From contig CAWHEU010000029.1 in assembly GCA_963828465.1 (NCBI GenBank), positions 1 to 64,000 of the forward strand: a stretch of DNA of 64,000 bases. The letters are read 5' to 3'. Positions within the stretch are counted from its first letter, which is position 1. Every line of letters starts with the position of its first letter. Source of the stretch: an uncultured Acidobacteriota bacterium. Its GTDB lineage: Bacteria; Actinomycetota; Acidimicrobiia; Spongiisociales; ZC4RG35. Both the position numbers and the translations under genes were made by a program. Below, in pieces: positions 61,679-64,000 of the stretch. The notes under the pieces are model-generated. The model had not been told where the DNA came from, ran no database searches, and saw nothing but the letters and a program-made list of their open reading frames with translations.

Positions 61679-62001
61679 CAGGACCTTGCGACCAGCCAGA
61701 AGACGAACTCCTTCATGACGATGTCCAGCCCGAAGATCACCCCGGTCAAGACGGTCGAGGTGATGACGGTCACGGCGGAGAATGCGACCATCTGCTCGCG
61801 GGTGGGCCAAGTCACCTTGCGCAGCTCCTGACGGACCTCGTGCAGATACTCACGGAGGCGGGCCCACAGCGACTTGCGCTCGGTGGCAGCCGGCTTGCCC
61901 TGGATGGAAGCGGCGCGGCGACTGGCCTTGTCACGGCCAGTCTCGTTCTTCTTCTGCAGGCGCTCCTCGCGTTCCTGCATCCTGCGCATTTCTCGGTTCA
62001 T
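61678..62001 (-). CDS. secE: Preprotein translocase subunit SecE
   Basis: EVRQELRKVTWPTR followed by TM helix. Confidence 0.95.
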   Translation of the reverse strand: MNREMRRMQEREERLQKKNETGRDKASRRAASIQGKPAATERKSLWARLREYLHEVRQELRKVTWPTREQMVAFSAVTVITSTVLTGVIFGLDIVMKEFVFWLVARS

Positions 62002-62033
62002 CAGTTCTTCCAGATCGTATCCACAGACAAGGC

Positions 62034-62110
62034 TGGCAGGGGCGGAGGGACTCGAACCCCCAACCTCCGGTTTTGGAGACCGGCGCTCTACCAATTCGAG
62101 CTACACCCCT
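62034..62110 (-). tRNA. tRNA-Trp(CCA)
   Basis: AGGGGTGTAGCTCGAATTGGTAGAGC...CT-CCA-AA...GGTTCGAGTCC...CCCCTGCCA; upstream of secE. Confidence 0.97.
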
Positions 62111-62189
62111 AGGGGGTTCGCGGGATGACCAAGTATAAGGGAAGGGCGCTGGTGTGGAAACTCCGGGGTTGGAATGTCAGACTCCTTCG

Positions 62190-62588
62190 ATGCCGGTCCT
62201 GGAGCTGGTCACGATCGTCGTCGACGATTATGACCCGGCCATCGAGTTCTTTGTGAAAGTCCTCGAATTCGAATTGGTGGAAGACTCACCTTCGCTCACC
62301 AACGACGGTCGACCAAAGCGGTGGGTCGTCGTGCGACCTCGTGGAGCAGAGACCGGAATCCTGCTGGCCCGCGCCGACGGCGAGCATCAACGACCTGTCG
62401 TCGGAAACCAGGTTGCCGGACGCGTCGGCTTCTTCCTCCGGGTCGACGACTTCGATGCAGCTCACGACCGGATGAAGAGGGCTGGTGTGGAATTCGTCAC
62501 CGAACCACGCGGCGAGGACTACGGGCAGGTCGCCGTGTTCGTCGACGTCTGCGGAAACAGGTGGGACCTCCTTGGCCCGCTTGAGTGA
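62190..62588 (+). CDS. VOC/glyoxalase family protein
   Basis: VDDYD.AIEFF, KRWVVVRP, GNQ..GRV, YG.VAVF.D..GNRWDL. Confidence 0.9.
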   Translation: MPVLELVTIVVDDYDPAIEFFVKVLEFELVEDSPSLTNDGRPKRWVVVRPRGAETGILLARADGEHQRPVVGNQVAGRVGFFLRVDDFDAAHDRMKRAGVEFVTEPRGEDYGQVAVFVDVCGNRWDLLGPLE

Positions 62589-62642
62589 ACATGGTCGTGG
62601 GCGACCTGCCAGCCGATCGACTCCCTCTCTAGATTGCCGATC

Positions 62643-63152
62643 ATGTCGATCGGCGAACTGCGCTGTGTGGTCATCAACGTCACCGACCTTCCCCTCGCCT
62701 ACGAGTTCTGGTCTGCAGTCACAGGACTGGAGATCATCGGATCACCCGACGGTTGGCACGGTTGGCTCGGTTACCTGGGCACCCGGGATCCCTGGAAGCA
62801 CGAGATCATCCTGCAACGCACCGACGGTGCTCCGGTCGAGGTTGCCAGGCCATCTCATCACCGAACGAACGCTGTCCATATCGACATCACGCCGTCAAAC
62901 GGGATCGACCGGGCGGTAGAGGAGATCGTTGCTCTCGGGGGCAGGGTCAAGAAGCCGCCGAGTCTCTATCCACGGCCCGGCGCTCACGAGGGACAGCGGC
63001 CCCTCATCGATTGGGCGGTGATGCAGGACCCCTTCGGCAACGAGTTCTGCTTGGTTCACGATCTCACCGAGCAACAGTCACTCGCCGCTATGAGCGCCGA
63101 CAGCAGTACCGACCATGACTGGCGGGTGGCGGCCGGTCAGACAAGCGCGTAG
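62643..63152 (+). CDS. VOC/glyoxalase-like (Glyoxalase_6) protein
   Basis: FWSAVTG, N.VHIDI, WAVMQDPFGNEFCLV. Confidence 0.88.
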   Translation: MSIGELRCVVINVTDLPLAYEFWSAVTGLEIIGSPDGWHGWLGYLGTRDPWKHEIILQRTDGAPVEVARPSHHRTNAVHIDITPSNGIDRAVEEIVALGGRVKKPPSLYPRPGAHEGQRPLIDWAVMQDPFGNEFCLVHDLTEQQSLAAMSADSSTDHDWRVAAGQTSA

Positions 63153-63158
63153 TCACGC

Positions 63159-63632
63159 ATGACGGATCAACCCACCCAACCCATCAGGATCCCCCCTCGT
63201 TGGTTCGTCCGCGTCGCCTGGTCGATTCATCGTGGCTTGTACCGGGTCAGTGGCGGCCGGGTCGGGCTCTGGCGTCCCAAGCCCGACAAATGGGGCACCA
63301 TGCGTCTGACGACCACCGGACGCCGTACCGGTCAAAAGCGGCCAGTGATACTCGGGTACATCGAGGACGGCCCGAACGTGGTCACTATTGCAATGAACGG
63401 CTGGGCCGATGCCGAGCCGGCCTGGTGGCTCAATCTCCAAGCGAATCCTGTGGCCGGTCTCGACCTGGGCGACGGCCAGCGAACGGTGAGAGGTAAAGCC
63501 GCAGAAGGGGAAGATCGGTCGCGCTTGTGGGATCGATGGCGGGAGATCGATTCGAGATTGGACGATTTCGCAGCTCTGCGTTCCCGGGAGACTGCGGTAG
63601 TGATCCTCGAACCGTCATCCAGCGATCATTGA
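63159..63632 (+). CDS. Deazaflavin-dependent nitroreductase family protein
   Basis: LTTTGRRTGQKR, AMNGW...PAWWLNLQANP, RETAVVILEP. Confidence 0.88.
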   Translation: MTDQPTQPIRIPPRWFVRVAWSIHRGLYRVSGGRVGLWRPKPDKWGTMRLTTTGRRTGQKRPVILGYIEDGPNVVTIAMNGWADAEPAWWLNLQANPVAGLDLGDGQRTVRGKAAEGEDRSRLWDRWREIDSRLDDFAALRSRETAVVILEPSSSDH

Positions 63633-63655
63633 TCGCGGTCTCCAACCGGCCGTCC

Positions 63656-64000
63656 TCAGACGACCGCGGCAAACGCCCTGACCGGAAAGGTCCCGAATCC
63701 GCTCACCTTGGGTGGGACCGCGAAGAACCGGAACTCGCGCCCGACCAGCTGGTCGAGATTGGTGAGGTGCTCTACCACCTGGATCCCGGCGGCGAGAAGG
63801 CCGGTGTGGGCGGCCCGTTCCCCGCCACGTGTGTCGTCGATGTTGACCGAGTCGATACCGACGAGCACCGCGCCCTCCATCGACCAGGGCATCGACGAGA
63901 CCGGTGGAAACGAAGGAATGGCTGGGGTCACCGTAAGAATCGGTGCCCCAGTGCCGGTCCCACCCGGTGGCGAACAGGACCGCCTTACCGGTTAGATCCA
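63656..64000 (-). CDS. Cyclase family (kynurenine formamidase-like), 3' part only; frameshift near 63880
   Basis: VLFATGWD.HW, LVGIDS.NID, HT.LL, VEHLTNL, TFPVRAFA. Confidence 0.85.

Noticed and set aside
33795-61831. Long antisense ORFs (33795-35426, 39983-41518, 53975-55762, 59846-61831)
   Set aside because: Shadow frames of well-supported genes, expected in high-GC DNA; no recognisable motifs.
1-64000. Frameshifts in tilS, topA (three), polX, tadA, salicylyl-CoA hydroxylase (two), a nitroreductase, FNR, rplA and the cyclase as pseudogenes or programmed frameshifting
   Set aside because: They hit essential genes, show no accompanying decay and no shared slippery motif; assembly indel errors are the simplest explanation. 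Read mapping would confirm.

Overview
High-GC actinobacterial core-chromosome segment, probably from a basal lineage such as Acidimicrobiia (inference from gene content). The left part echoes the mycobacterial tilS-DUF2342 ... tRNA-Thr-holB-tmk-topA ... Tad cluster neighbourhood. The right end carries tRNA-Trp-secE-nusG-rplK-rplA and rplJ-rplL. In between are sigR/rsrA, PhoH2, PolX, a fused 2-oxoacid dehydrogenase E1 alpha-beta, a group-2 sigma factor, tRNA-Sec, maeB, hflX, ppgK, gnd, serB and an M1 aminopeptidase. At least nine genes, including essential tilS, topA and rplA, carry small frameshifts best explained as assembly indel errors. I found no integrase, transposase or CRISPR array. The strongest leads are: (1) a divergent GroES-like protein ending in the proteasome-docking motif GQYL (48693-49001), a candidate 7-fold proteasome cap; (2) an apparently independently transcribed ~240-nt structured RNA starting with a 16-nt complement of the 16S rRNA 3' end plus a 13-codon ORF (38350-38600, minus strand); (3) a 6S/Ms1-like rod-shaped ncRNA candidate downstream of rplA (59375-59623); (4) an Nfu_N-like/ferredoxin-NADP reductase fusion; (5) SigR-type promoters in front of tRNA-Sec, the group-2 sigma factor and an F420 oxidoreductase. 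All calls are by eye, and no database searches were run.
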